The translations under genes and the position numbers were made by a program. A stretch of 32,000 nt of DNA from Candidatus Heimdallarchaeota archaeon B3_Heim (GTDB lineage: Archaea; Asgardarchaeota; Heimdallarchaeia; Hodarchaeales; Hodarchaeaceae): positions 1 through 32,000 of the forward strand of contig NJBF01000004.1 of the NCBI GenBank assembly GCA_003144275.1, in the 5' to 3' direction. The notes under the pieces are model-generated. The model was not told where the DNA came from, searched no databases, and saw only the letters and a list, made by a program, of their open reading frames with translations. Positions 1 through 8,504 of this stretch are shown here, one piece after another; the stretch's first letter is position 1; each line of letters opens with the position of its first letter.

Positions 1-7
1 TTATTCG

Positions 8-173
8 CCTTTAAGTGGTAACTAGCAGCATCCTAGTGGGATGTCGATTTTTCCACACGTCCTCCAAGAATTGGGGTACACCAGTTAAAACGACTGCTAG
101 AACAGACCAGTTTTCTTTGGAGACTCGGGGTCTAAAAAAAGAGACGGTCTTTTCTGCTAGTTAACCACTAAGG
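8..173. ncRNA. Putative structured RNA or small non-autonomous (MITE-like) element closed by a ~20-bp imperfect inverted repeat
   Basis: 8-28 (cctttaagtggtaactagcag) pairs with 154-173 (ctgctagttaaccactaagg). Internal hairpins at 29-43, 62-76, 82-96 and 104-133. No ORF. Family not recognised. Confidence 0.35.
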
Positions 174-352
174 TAACTTATTAGATTAAAAATCTTTGTC
201 TCCCTCCCTTCTGTTGCTTGAAAACAAAGCATTCCAGTTGAAAAAATTGAGAATCAATTTTCAGCTAGTTTTCTTTTTTTTTTATTAATTCATTCGTTAT
301 TCTTGTTTTTACGTTGATACTCGCTTTCTGACTTTTCCCTGTCCTCAAGCGG

Positions 353-366
353 GATATAATTATATC
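353..366 (+). promoter_or_regulatory. Perfect 14-bp palindrome GATATAATTATATC overlapping a probable TATA box
   Basis: Self-complementary sequence with a TATA-like core, ~40-50 nt upstream of the ATG at 406. Confidence 0.45.
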
Positions 367-369
367 GAG

Positions 370-1662
370 ATGTATCCTATTTCAGATAACGTTGGGTGCA
401 TAAAGATGGCTGATACACGTCTCTCTACTCTCCAAAATAAGATAGCCTTGTATAAAACGGAATTATTTGTTATTCTGTTTGCGGCCATCCCGACCAGCCT
501 ATTTATTGTATTCGCATGGATTAAAAGTGACTTTCTAGTTCTGGATCATAGTTATTGGATAGGAATAGTTGCTTACAATCTTGTATTATTTTATGGTATC
601 TGGCTTGCAAAATCTAAGAAAACAATCAAGTTATCTGAAGGAATACTTTACGTAGGGATAGCTATCACCCTTATTCTTTATACTGCCTTTAGGGGAATCA
701 TTTTTTCGGGGGATATAACCCAAGGTGTTATAACTGGTGCACGTATGTTGTGGGAGGGAAAAAATCCCTATGTTGTAGCTGAGGTGCCTCATGCTCAACC
801 GTATCCTCTCCCTTTAAGGTATGATGCGACTTATGCATACTTACCTGTCGATTTATTATCATATGCGTTATTTCTTGGAGGATTGAACTTTTTTTCCTCA
901 TTTATTGCTGGAACTGATATTCCTGTCTTTCTTCCTGGGTTTAATGAGATGGGAATTCTTGTCACTAATCTTGCTTTGATGTGTGTTTCAATTTATCTAC
1001 TAAAAGAAATCCTTGAAATTCGATGGAAGCAAGCAACAGTACTTGGGACATTTTTGTTTTTGATACTCATTTGGAACAATGTGTGTCTAGCACAGACATT
1101 TTTTATTGCAGGTTGGTATTTCCATAAGCGAGATCAAACAAATTTGGTAATATTCTTCTGGTCGTTGAGTATGCTTTCAAAATACTTTGCGGGTATCTTT
1201 ATAGTCGCATATATTGTTGAATATCTCAGAAAGCAAGAATATGTGGAAGTACTTATCAAAAGTGCTATCGCTGGTGTACTAAGCATAATTGTAAGTCTCC
1301 CCTTTGGTATTCTAGATGTTTTAAACTCAACAGTCTTTTTTTACAATACAGAAGAACGATTATTAGATGGATCTTTTGGTGGGTCAATATTTTCTGAACT
1401 AATATTATTCCTTAAGTTACAGGATATAATATGGCTATTCACTTTGATAGGATTCTGTATTATCTTAATTATTGCAATATCTTTGAAGGATCTCTATCAA
1501 AGACTAGTTATTACCAGCTGTTTAGCACTATTCGTCATCACAGGTATTTCTGCACAATTTCTCTCCTTTATTATGTTGATACTGATAATAGCAGGCCAGA
1601 TTCGTCTATTTGAAGGACAGAAACAATACTCAAGTTCCGAAATAACTAATCCTGCCGTCTAA
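370..1662 (+). CDS. Polytopic membrane glycosyltransferase, GT-C fold (GT87/DUF2029-like)
   Basis: About 10 hydrophobic segments; luminal-loop motifs D..(GARMLWE)GKNPY and YAYLP; mid-protein LSMLSKYF, as in GT87/PIG-M-like enzymes. The true start may be ATG 406 (MADTRL), which fits the TATA position. Confidence 0.65.
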   Translation: MYPISDNVGCIKMADTRLSTLQNKIALYKTELFVILFAAIPTSLFIVFAWIKSDFLVLDHSYWIGIVAYNLVLFYGIWLAKSKKTIKLSEGILYVGIAITLILYTAFRGIIFSGDITQGVITGARMLWEGKNPYVVAEVPHAQPYPLPLRYDATYAYLPVDLLSYALFLGGLNFFSSFIAGTDIPVFLPGFNEMGILVTNLALMCVSIYLLKEILEIRWKQATVLGTFLFLILIWNNVCLAQTFFIAGWYFHKRDQTNLVIFFWSLSMLSKYFAGIFIVAYIVEYLRKQEYVEVLIKSAIAGVLSIIVSLPFGILDVLNSTVFFYNTEERLLDGSFGGSIFSELILFLKLQDIIWLFTLIGFCIILIIAISLKDLYQRLVITSCLALFVITGISAQFLSFIMLILIIAGQIRLFEGQKQYSSSEITNPAV

Positions 1663-1674
1663 TGAGGAAAAAGA

Positions 1675-2952
1675 TCATAATTCTGGGATAATCTTCTGTA
1701 AGTATTCAACCAATTCATTGACTGGTAGATCAGAAATACTCACCTTACCTGTTCTTCCAAGCGATTTTCCCTTTTTGTGCCGATTAATTACCTCTAGCTT
1801 TATTAATCCGATTTTATGTAATTCTTGTAGATAAACCCAAAATTGGGTCTGTTTTCTAGGACTTACTCCTGTATTCTGACAAGTTTTTTCATATTTTCGC
1901 TTAACATCCCCAGTAAAAGCATACATTGTGTCATTTTGTCGTTTTAGGATGCTAGTAATCGAAAATAAAACAATTTTTTGATGCAAGGGGAGATCGGTAA
2001 TCAGACTCTGCTTGATAGGAAAACTACTTACTTGCGCTTTCCTAACGTGTTCAAAAAGAATTTCTTTAGAATGTTCACTATCAGCAACCTTAGCAGCTCT
2101 CCATAAAAGTTCAAGTGCATACCGTGCATCTCCAGAAGTGTGTGCAATGATAGCTATTTCTTTTAATATCTCATTTGAGTAGGTAGACAAATTTAATCCA
2201 TTTTTTGCTCTAGCAAGCAGAATATCGTAAAGCTGTGTTGCATTATATGGATGAAATATTATCATTCGCTTACTCAGAGAGGAGTAGAGGGCAGAATCAA
2301 GATAAGTGTACAGCTGACGACTCCGAGTGATGAGAATTAATGAGAGAGGGGAATTGTTCTCGTGCAAATATCCTTCATTATTTCGTATCAGCGCATAGAG
2401 GATATCTTGACCTTGTGCTTTAGAAACTAAATAGTCAATTTCATCAAGACAGAGAAGGAGTTTTTGGTTCCGTTCCTTCATGATTGAACACATATAAGTA
2501 AGAAGTTCTGCCGCGCTAAATCCTCGTACGGGGAATGCTGGTACTAATTGACGAAGAATTGTGGTGAAAAGAATACTCCAAGATCTCTGTCGACGACAAT
2601 TAAGATAAAAAAATAGGATTTGAGCAATATCTTCCCCTTGTTTTTCACGACAATACTGTTCTAGAGTACTCCCAAATTGCTTGACAATCGTGGTTTTTCC
2701 CAGCCCAACAGATCCCTGAATTATAACATGTGTTCCCAAAGCGGTTGGTTTTCTATTAATTATTGGTTTAAAGTGTTGTACAAGAGTTTTGAGCTCAGTT
2801 TCCCTATGTAGAAGACATTCAGGAATAAAAGATGGTTCAAAGACTTCCTCATTTTGAAAAATTTGAGAAGAATGTTTTAAACTTTCAAACAATTTATAAT
2901 TTGAGTCAGTCACTGAAAATTGTTCCTGTAAAATGAAAGTGAATCGATACAA
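1675..2952 (-). CDS. cdc6: Orc1/Cdc6 replication initiator (AAA+ ATPase with winged helix)
   Basis: IFQNEEVFEPSFIPE..LLHRETE; Walker A GSVGLGKT; YLNC; PVRG; Walker B LCLDEID; FHPYNATQLYDIL; sensor GDARYAL; WH TQFWVYLQEL..GLI..GRT. The ORF-track start is TTG (2952); GTG at 2913 is an equally plausible start. Confidence 0.95.
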   Translation of the reverse strand: MYRFTFILQEQFSVTDSNYKLFESLKHSSQIFQNEEVFEPSFIPECLLHRETELKTLVQHFKPIINRKPTALGTHVIIQGSVGLGKTTIVKQFGSTLEQYCREKQGEDIAQILFFYLNCRRQRSWSILFTTILRQLVPAFPVRGFSAAELLTYMCSIMKERNQKLLLCLDEIDYLVSKAQGQDILYALIRNNEGYLHENNSPLSLILITRSRQLYTYLDSALYSSLSKRMIIFHPYNATQLYDILLARAKNGLNLSTYSNEILKEIAIIAHTSGDARYALELLWRAAKVADSEHSKEILFEHVRKAQVSSFPIKQSLITDLPLHQKIVLFSITSILKRQNDTMYAFTGDVKRKYEKTCQNTGVSPRKQTQFWVYLQELHKIGLIKLEVINRHKKGKSLGRTGKVSISDLPVNELVEYLQKIIPEL

Positions 2953-3244
2953 ACCGAAATATTACATTTGATATTCGAGACCTTAATCTAATTACTGAGG
3001 AAGCTGAAAAATTGGGACTTAATATACCTCCTAAGTGTTCTATCAAATTCAGCTCGTCTATTTTTCTTAATAAAACATTACAAATCGCTTTAAACAGATT
3101 TCTCGTTCTGTAGAGGTAATGTGATTAAAAAAAGGGCAGAATTTTAAAATATCTCGTCATTAAAAGGCATAATTTTGTCAGAAATCCTGTGATATCAGAG
3201 GAAAAACTCATAGTAAAAATATAACTAGCAGACAGATGCTATCT

Positions 3245-3260
3245 TGAGGTATCAACCTCA
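3245..3260. promoter_or_regulatory. Spaced inverted repeat TGAGGT-N4-ACCTCA (candidate operator) in the divergent cdc6 intergenic region
   Basis: Perfect 6-bp arms with a 4-nt spacer. Confidence 0.25.
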
Positions 3261-3279
3261 TTTACAGAGATAGGTGAAT

Positions 3280-3417
3280 ATGACCCCCGATAATATAAAA
3301 GCTAAGATCTACTCCATTCAATCAAGTTCGGATACATTGAATTTTATTATGCTAGCCCTGCCAAAAATATCAGGTGATATAGCCAATCTTTGTTTTGAAG
3401 ATTACAAACATTCTTAA
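3280..3417 (+). CDS. Possible small 45-aa ORF (MTPDNIKAKIYSIQSSSDTLNFIMLALPKISGDIANLCFEDYKHS)
   Basis: ATG preceded by AGGTGA (archaeal SD-like, short spacing); TAA at 3415-3417. Not in the ORF track; no family recognised. Confidence 0.2.
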   Translation: MTPDNIKAKIYSIQSSSDTLNFIMLALPKISGDIANLCFEDYKHS

Positions 3418-3465
3418 GAGGCTAAAAGATACTCTCTCCTCAATTCTATAAAGGAGATAATCTTA

Positions 3466-4167
3466 ATGGCAGAGGTTACAGAAAAAAATAAAACAAAAAA
3501 GAAAAAAGAAAAACAGTATTTAATCGTTCGATCTTATCCTGAAACTCTCTTTTTTTATCCATCAATGATTGTAGGAATAATAATCTTTATTCTTCAATTT
3601 CTTGGTGATGTAGCACCTGGTTCAGAAGTAGCCAACCAATTTGGAACATTTTTCTTCGCAGTTTTTGCGTTTAACTTCCTTATTGTTGCTTTCGACTTTG
3701 GTATTGGGAAAACAGCTCTCATTGCGGCAGGTTTCATCATCTTAATCTTAGCTGTGGTTTTATTGAAGGAGCAACTAGGAGAATTGTTAGAAATTTCTTT
3801 AGCAACTCCAAATATCCATATGTCAACCGATTTCTACCTGTTCTTCGACCTACTGATGATTGCGCACTTCATATTGCTATATATCTATTCGAGGATTGAT
3901 TACTGGCTAATTTCTCCAACAGAAATTTACCATCATCGGGGTATCCTTGGAGATGAGCGACGATTCGGAAATGCTCAACATGCCCATATTGAGAAAACAA
4001 CTCCAGACATTTTCGAGAAAATGTTATTCTTAAGTGGTGATTTATTTATTAAGCCAGAAACTGATCCGCATATCTATCGAGTATCTAATGTCTTCCGTAT
4101 TGACAAAAAGGAAAAAGCCATTCGTGGAATATTGTCCTATGTTCCAGACCAACGTATAGATGTGTAA
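3466..4167 (+). CDS. Membrane protein with a C-terminal bacterial-PH-like (bPH) domain
   Basis: AGGAGA SD; Lys-rich N-terminus; 4-5 TM segments; then DYWLISPTEIYHHRGILG...EKMLFLSGDLFI...VSNV, the pattern of bPH/DUF304-type domains. Confidence 0.6.
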   Translation: MAEVTEKNKTKKKKEKQYLIVRSYPETLFFYPSMIVGIIIFILQFLGDVAPGSEVANQFGTFFFAVFAFNFLIVAFDFGIGKTALIAAGFIILILAVVLLKEQLGELLEISLATPNIHMSTDFYLFFDLLMIAHFILLYIYSRIDYWLISPTEIYHHRGILGDERRFGNAQHAHIEKTTPDIFEKMLFLSGDLFIKPETDPHIYRVSNVFRIDKKEKAIRGILSYVPDQRIDV

Positions 4168-4177
4168 TTAAAACTCC

Positions 4178-4199
4178 TTTTTCCCCTTTTTTTTTCTTT
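4178..4199 (+). terminator. Archaeal oligo-T terminator between convergent genes
   Basis: T5, T9 and further T run immediately after the 4167 stop codon. Confidence 0.55.
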
Positions 4200-5426
4200 T
4201 CATGAATCCTTTTTTGGTATATTCGCTTTTATTACGGTTCCATCGGGAATGACTTGGTCTGCATCTATTATAACATAGGGTTTTATGACGGAATTTGAGC
4301 CTATCACAGAGTTAGGTCCAATGATAGCTCCAAGTTTGTGATACTTTCTACCCTTAATTTCCTGAGTTGACTCATGCATTTCATCATCCCGTAAAACGTT
4401 CATTGTCGTTACACCTGAGCCGATTGTGACATTTTCTCCTAGTATACTATCCCCTACAAATGATAATCGACCAATTTTCACGTTTGATTGGATTACTGAA
4501 TTTTTCACTTCAACAGAATATCCAATATTAGAGTTCATACCAATACAGCTAAATTCACGGATGAGACTATTGGTACCAATATACACATTTTTCCCTATGA
4601 AACACGGCCCGACGATTTCTGCATTGTGATCAATGGTTACACCCTCTTCAATAAGGGCTAACCCCGAAATATGTGCCGAAGGAGAAATTTTAGCTGATTT
4701 ATGAATACGAGCATAGTCCAGTCCTTTGAATATGTCCTGATTTGCGGCAAGTAAATCCCATCCATAGCCTACATCAATCCATTCATCCTGCCAGACAGAA
4801 GCACAAATACGTCTTTGTTCTTTCAACACACGAGCGAGTGCTTTGGTTAATTTCACTTCTTCGCTTAAGATTTCGAAAAATTCTCCGGGTAGAATAGATG
4901 CTCCCGCAAAAATGTAATTAGTATCATTATCACCTGTAGAAGGATCAGGAGATATCGTTTTAATGAAACCTCGATCATCAATGTTTGCGATCCCAAATTC
5001 TTGTGACTTACCTATGAGTGTGACAGAGATTGCCCCATCAGCCGCGGTATTAATGTAAGAATTGAGTAAATGATGATAAAACTTGGGAGGAGCGACAATA
5101 TCTCCATATGCCAAAAGAAAAGGTTTATCTTTACCAAAATGAGTGGCCGCAGACAGAATCGCACCCTCGATTCCTTGTAAATTTCCCTGGTTAACCGTTT
5201 GGATATTGACTCCTCGGGAGCGATAAGCTTCAATTAGAACGTGCAGTTTTTCTCCTTGGTGCCCAGTAACTACAATGAATTCTTCCACCCCAGTTTCAAT
5301 TAGTCCATCTAAGACATACTCTATCACATGTTTACCATGAAGAAGTAGCATGGTTTTAGGGCAATATTTCGAAAGGGGTAACATTTCCCTTCCACTACCA
5401 CCAGTAAGCACTAATGCCTTCATCAT
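4200..5426 (-). CDS. GlmU-like sugar-phosphate nucleotidyltransferase with left-handed beta-helix (hexapeptide) domain
   Basis: N-terminal KALVLTGGSG..PL....PK; AYGD; EFGI; WIDVG..WDLL; hexapeptide repeats; EVKNSVI; VGDSILG; KLGAIIG. Canonical GxGTR and HLSYVGD appear as GSGRE and RLSFVGD. Confidence 0.85.
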   Translation of the reverse strand: MMKALVLTGGSGREMLPLSKYCPKTMLLLHGKHVIEYVLDGLIETGVEEFIVVTGHQGEKLHVLIEAYRSRGVNIQTVNQGNLQGIEGAILSAATHFGKDKPFLLAYGDIVAPPKFYHHLLNSYINTAADGAISVTLIGKSQEFGIANIDDRGFIKTISPDPSTGDNDTNYIFAGASILPGEFFEILSEEVKLTKALARVLKEQRRICASVWQDEWIDVGYGWDLLAANQDIFKGLDYARIHKSAKISPSAHISGLALIEEGVTIDHNAEIVGPCFIGKNVYIGTNSLIREFSCIGMNSNIGYSVEVKNSVIQSNVKIGRLSFVGDSILGENVTIGSGVTTMNVLRDDEMHESTQEIKGRKYHKLGAIIGPNSVIGSNSVIKPYVIIDADQVIPDGTVIKANIPKKDS

Positions 5427-5431
5427 TTAAT

Positions 5432-5457
5432 TTCACAAATCCTTCACAAATTTATAA
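5432..5457 (-). promoter_or_regulatory. TATA box (TTATAAA, 5457-5451) with a tandem 9-bp direct repeat between it and the start codon
   Basis: TATA lies ~25 nt upstream of ATG 5426, with a purine-rich BRE-like tract further upstream. ttcacaaat occurs at 5432-5440 and 5443-5451 (11-bp period). Confidence 0.45.
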
Positions 5458-5699
5458 TCAAATTTTTTCTTTTCCAAGCATAAACTCAGACTTTTCAGGA
5501 GTAAATACTTATTCATTTTGAGTGGCGACAGTTCGTTGAATTTAACTAGTATTCCAAATCACTAGGAGCGATGATGTCTTTTACATTTAGATAAATAATT
5601 GTTAAATTAATGTAGTTCCGATTGATAATTAAGATTGTTCTTTTTAAACTCTTCTCCATCTTCCTCTTTGACTAAAATAGCGAGATGTGGAAGCAATAA

Positions 5700-7349
5700 A
5701 TGAGTGGCCATCCAAAACCAATAATGTTACACTGGGTAGACAAGCTAACAGAAGATTTAATTGCTCATTGGCCAGATAAAAAGGAATTTCACTGCAATTG
5801 TGGTATTTCAGTCTCTGGAAGACAGCATGTCGGACGGTTACGAGGGGAAATCGTACTCACGAATGCGGTTGTAGAAGAGTTGAAGCGCAAAGGAGTTTCT
5901 GCGACACATTATTTGATTTTATATACATCTGATCCGTGGAAAGGAAAAGAAGCGCAATTAAACGCATTTTCAGATCCAAAGGATGCAGAAAAATATATTA
6001 ATTGGCGCTTAGTAGATGTTCCTGATCCCACAGGTAAACATTCTTCGTGGATTGACTATTACTGGAAAGATTTTGGTAACCCATTGCCTAAATTCGGTAA
6101 AGACATTAAAATCATCCGAACACATGAATTCTATCAAACAGAAGAAATGAAAAAAACTATTGTTGCATTAATTCAACAGAAAGAAAAAGTACGAGGAATT
6201 CTTAACAAATATCGAGCAGAAAATCCTTTTCCTGAAAACTGGATTCCTTTTAATCCAATATGTGATAATTGCCACCGAATAGGCACGACTAAAGCGTTAG
6301 AGGTTGATTTGAAAACCTTCAAAGTTCGCTATTCGTGTTCTGAATGTGAGGATGAAGGATGGTCGGATATGAAATTAGGCAAACTAACATGGCGATTGGA
6401 ATGGCTAGCCATATGGTACACCCTGAATATCCATTTTGAACCATATGGAAAGGATCATGCAACACCAGGTGGGTCACGAGATAGTTGTATTGAAGTATTA
6501 GAAACTGTTCTTGAACATCCTGGCCCTTATGGATTTTGGAACGAATGGGTAGGATATTCGGAAGGAAGAACTGACTTTGGTGATATGACGAGTTCAGGAT
6601 TCATAGGGTTTACCCCAACTACATGGTTACAATATGCAGAATCGCATGTATTGCGGTATTTATACTTGAAACCCCCTCCAAAACGTAGAATAGTCCTAGG
6701 ATTGGATAAGCTACCATCTTACATTGCAGAATATGATAAAGCTCAACGAATTTATCATAATATTGAACCGTTTGATGATCCTTCAGAATTACAAACAATT
6801 CTGCGAAGCTATGAGATCGCTCACTTCAATAAGGTTCCAGAGTATATTGGTTTTCAGTTGGATTATAATCAAGCTATCATTTTAGGGCAACTTGTCGAAG
6901 AAGGGGAAAAGGGAACTGAGAAAGCAATTATTAAACTGATTGCTACAGGTATATTAGAAACGAAACCATCACCAGAAGTAAGAGCTCACATTCACTTCCG
7001 TTTAAATCTTGCTCGAAAATGGATAAAAGACTGTGCTCCTCCCCACCTTCAAATAAATATCCCAAGCGAAATACCTAAGGAAATAATAAAGAATATTGAT
7101 CCTGAAACGCGAAAAATTGTCTTAGCATTAGCTAAAACGTTGGAAACGACTTCTTGGACTCAAGAAGAAATAAAAAAGTGTATGATAGAGTTAAAAACTA
7201 AATTCAAACTATCACGCAAACAAATGGCTATATTTTTCGGAATCTTGTATCAGATATTTTTGGGTACCTCCCGAGGGCCAAGATTTGCCCCTTTTATTGC
7301 CGCATTAGAGCAGGAATGGGTCATTGGGCGTCTAACACAGATAAAATAA
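5700..7349 (+). CDS. lysS: Lysyl-tRNA synthetase, class I
   Basis: HW.DKL N-terminus; HIGH-like SGRQHVGRLRGE; CxxC..CxxC Zn insert; GKLTWRLEW; EPYGKDH; KMSKS-like DMTSSG; C-terminal LYQIFLG...GPRFAPFI anticodon-binding domain. Confidence 0.96.
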   Translation: MSGHPKPIMLHWVDKLTEDLIAHWPDKKEFHCNCGISVSGRQHVGRLRGEIVLTNAVVEELKRKGVSATHYLILYTSDPWKGKEAQLNAFSDPKDAEKYINWRLVDVPDPTGKHSSWIDYYWKDFGNPLPKFGKDIKIIRTHEFYQTEEMKKTIVALIQQKEKVRGILNKYRAENPFPENWIPFNPICDNCHRIGTTKALEVDLKTFKVRYSCSECEDEGWSDMKLGKLTWRLEWLAIWYTLNIHFEPYGKDHATPGGSRDSCIEVLETVLEHPGPYGFWNEWVGYSEGRTDFGDMTSSGFIGFTPTTWLQYAESHVLRYLYLKPPPKRRIVLGLDKLPSYIAEYDKAQRIYHNIEPFDDPSELQTILRSYEIAHFNKVPEYIGFQLDYNQAIILGQLVEEGEKGTEKAIIKLIATGILETKPSPEVRAHIHFRLNLARKWIKDCAPPHLQINIPSEIPKEIIKNIDPETRKIVLALAKTLETTSWTQEEIKKCMIELKTKFKLSRKQMAIFFGILYQIFLGTSRGPRFAPFIAALEQEWVIGRLTQIK

Positions 7350-7369
7350 TAATCAAAAGAGGCTAATAC

Positions 7370-7909
7370 ATGACAGAAGATAACCAGGTTGACATGTCCA
7401 AGTATCAGTTAACCTATCAACCGATAAATGTGCTAAATGTAATCATAGCTCTTCTCATTCCCGCAGTTGTGGGATACTTCACAGTGCTTCTCATAACGAG
7501 TGTTTTTACATTTATATCCAGAGAGTTATGGTCGATACCTGTAGTTTGGCCAGGAATATTATACTATGGAGGACTAATAGGAGGAGTATTCGGAGGAATC
7601 ATAGCTATAGTTGAAGTAGCATTATTTCACCATAAAAACCGTCAAATATCATCTGGAAAAATAATACCTTCTGATCTATATTACATTGGTGTCTTAGCAT
7701 TATTCACCTATGTGCTAGAATTCTTTTCAGAAAGCTTATTACTACAAGTAGTACTTTTTATTTTGGAACTAGGGTTTTTTCTGGTTCTAGGCTGGAACAT
7801 AAGTAAATTATCTCTGGAATCACGTATTAGCGTGAATAAAGAAAACCAGCTTACGACTGGCATAATTCCAGCGAACAAAGCTTCAACGGAGAATACAGAA
7901 ACAGAATAA
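7370..7909 (+). CDS. Hypothetical membrane protein (about 4 TM)
   Basis: Four hydrophobic segments; AGAGG SD; 20 nt after lysS, so probably co-transcribed. Confidence 0.75.
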   Translation: MTEDNQVDMSKYQLTYQPINVLNVIIALLIPAVVGYFTVLLITSVFTFISRELWSIPVVWPGILYYGGLIGGVFGGIIAIVEVALFHHKNRQISSGKIIPSDLYYIGVLALFTYVLEFFSESLLLQVVLFILELGFFLVLGWNISKLSLESRISVNKENQLTTGIIPANKASTENTETE

Positions 7910-7961
7910 TCACATTCTAAAGAAAAAATGTAGATAAGGAAACGGTGAAGACAACGAAAGG

Positions 7962-7968
7962 TTTTTTT
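7962..7968 (+). terminator. Possible oligo-T terminator
   Basis: T7 run ~50 nt after the 7909 stop codon. Confidence 0.3.
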
Positions 7969-8070
7969 CCTAGAAGTACCATTGAATGTAGATTGAATTA
8001 CAGAATTTCGAAGAGGAAAGTTCTTTGATCTTCCTTTATATTATGTAGATGAAGAATGGTTTGAACCTTT

Positions 8071-8475
8071 ATGCAATTTAGAACATTTGGTTGGATCGCA
8101 CGGCAAAATCCACACATTCGCTTGACCGAAAGTGAAACTATTGATGATAATCGGTTTATTTTTAGTGGCCTTAAAGGAAAATCGGTTGAGACACCCGTTA
8201 AAGAACGAAAAGACTGGTTTAAGAAAGGGGAGCTGTGGCCGACGTTAATTTTGGTTGAAAAAGCATGGGATGAGGAAACAGGTGCACGGACAGAACATTC
8301 GTTTGTTCGCATTTTCCGGCATGAAGACGGCGCCATATTGGATATTCTTGTAGCTTTAAGCATGGACACCGCTACACTTCTTGCCCACGACTTTAAAGTA
8401 CCATTATTTAGTGTGACCTGTTCACGAAAAGGAACTCGGGGAACTGCTCAGCGCATACACATGGATATCTTATAA
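8071..8475 (+). CDS. Hypothetical soluble protein (134 aa)
   Basis: Protein-like composition; fills the gap before the convergent operon; preferred over the antisense ORF 7998-8369. No family recognised. Confidence 0.6.
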   Translation: MQFRTFGWIARQNPHIRLTESETIDDNRFIFSGLKGKSVETPVKERKDWFKKGELWPTLILVEKAWDEETGARTEHSFVRIFRHEDGAILDILVALSMDTATLLAHDFKVPLFSVTCSRKGTRGTAQRIHMDIL

Positions 8476-8504
8476 ATCCAATTCATCCAGTGAATCTTGG
8501 TAGC

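Noticed and set aside
3222-3231. TAACTAGCAG identical to the arms of the 8-173 element
   Set aside because: A single 10-mer match is plausible by chance and has no accompanying structure.
3481-3516. Poly-A runs as a phase-variation site
   Set aside because: Runs are 7 nt or shorter and simply encode a Lys-rich N-terminus in frame.
1431-5233. Short ORFs 1431-1613, 4426-4629 and 5012-5233
   Set aside because: Nested out of frame or antisense within well-supported genes.
6577-6610. Non-canonical KMSKS motif (DMTSSG) in LysRS
   Set aside because: This motif is variable in class I LysRS and all other signatures are intact.
7998-8369. Minus-strand 123-aa ORF
   Set aside because: Antisense shadow of 8071-8475 with Ser/Cys/Arg-rich, non-protein-like composition.
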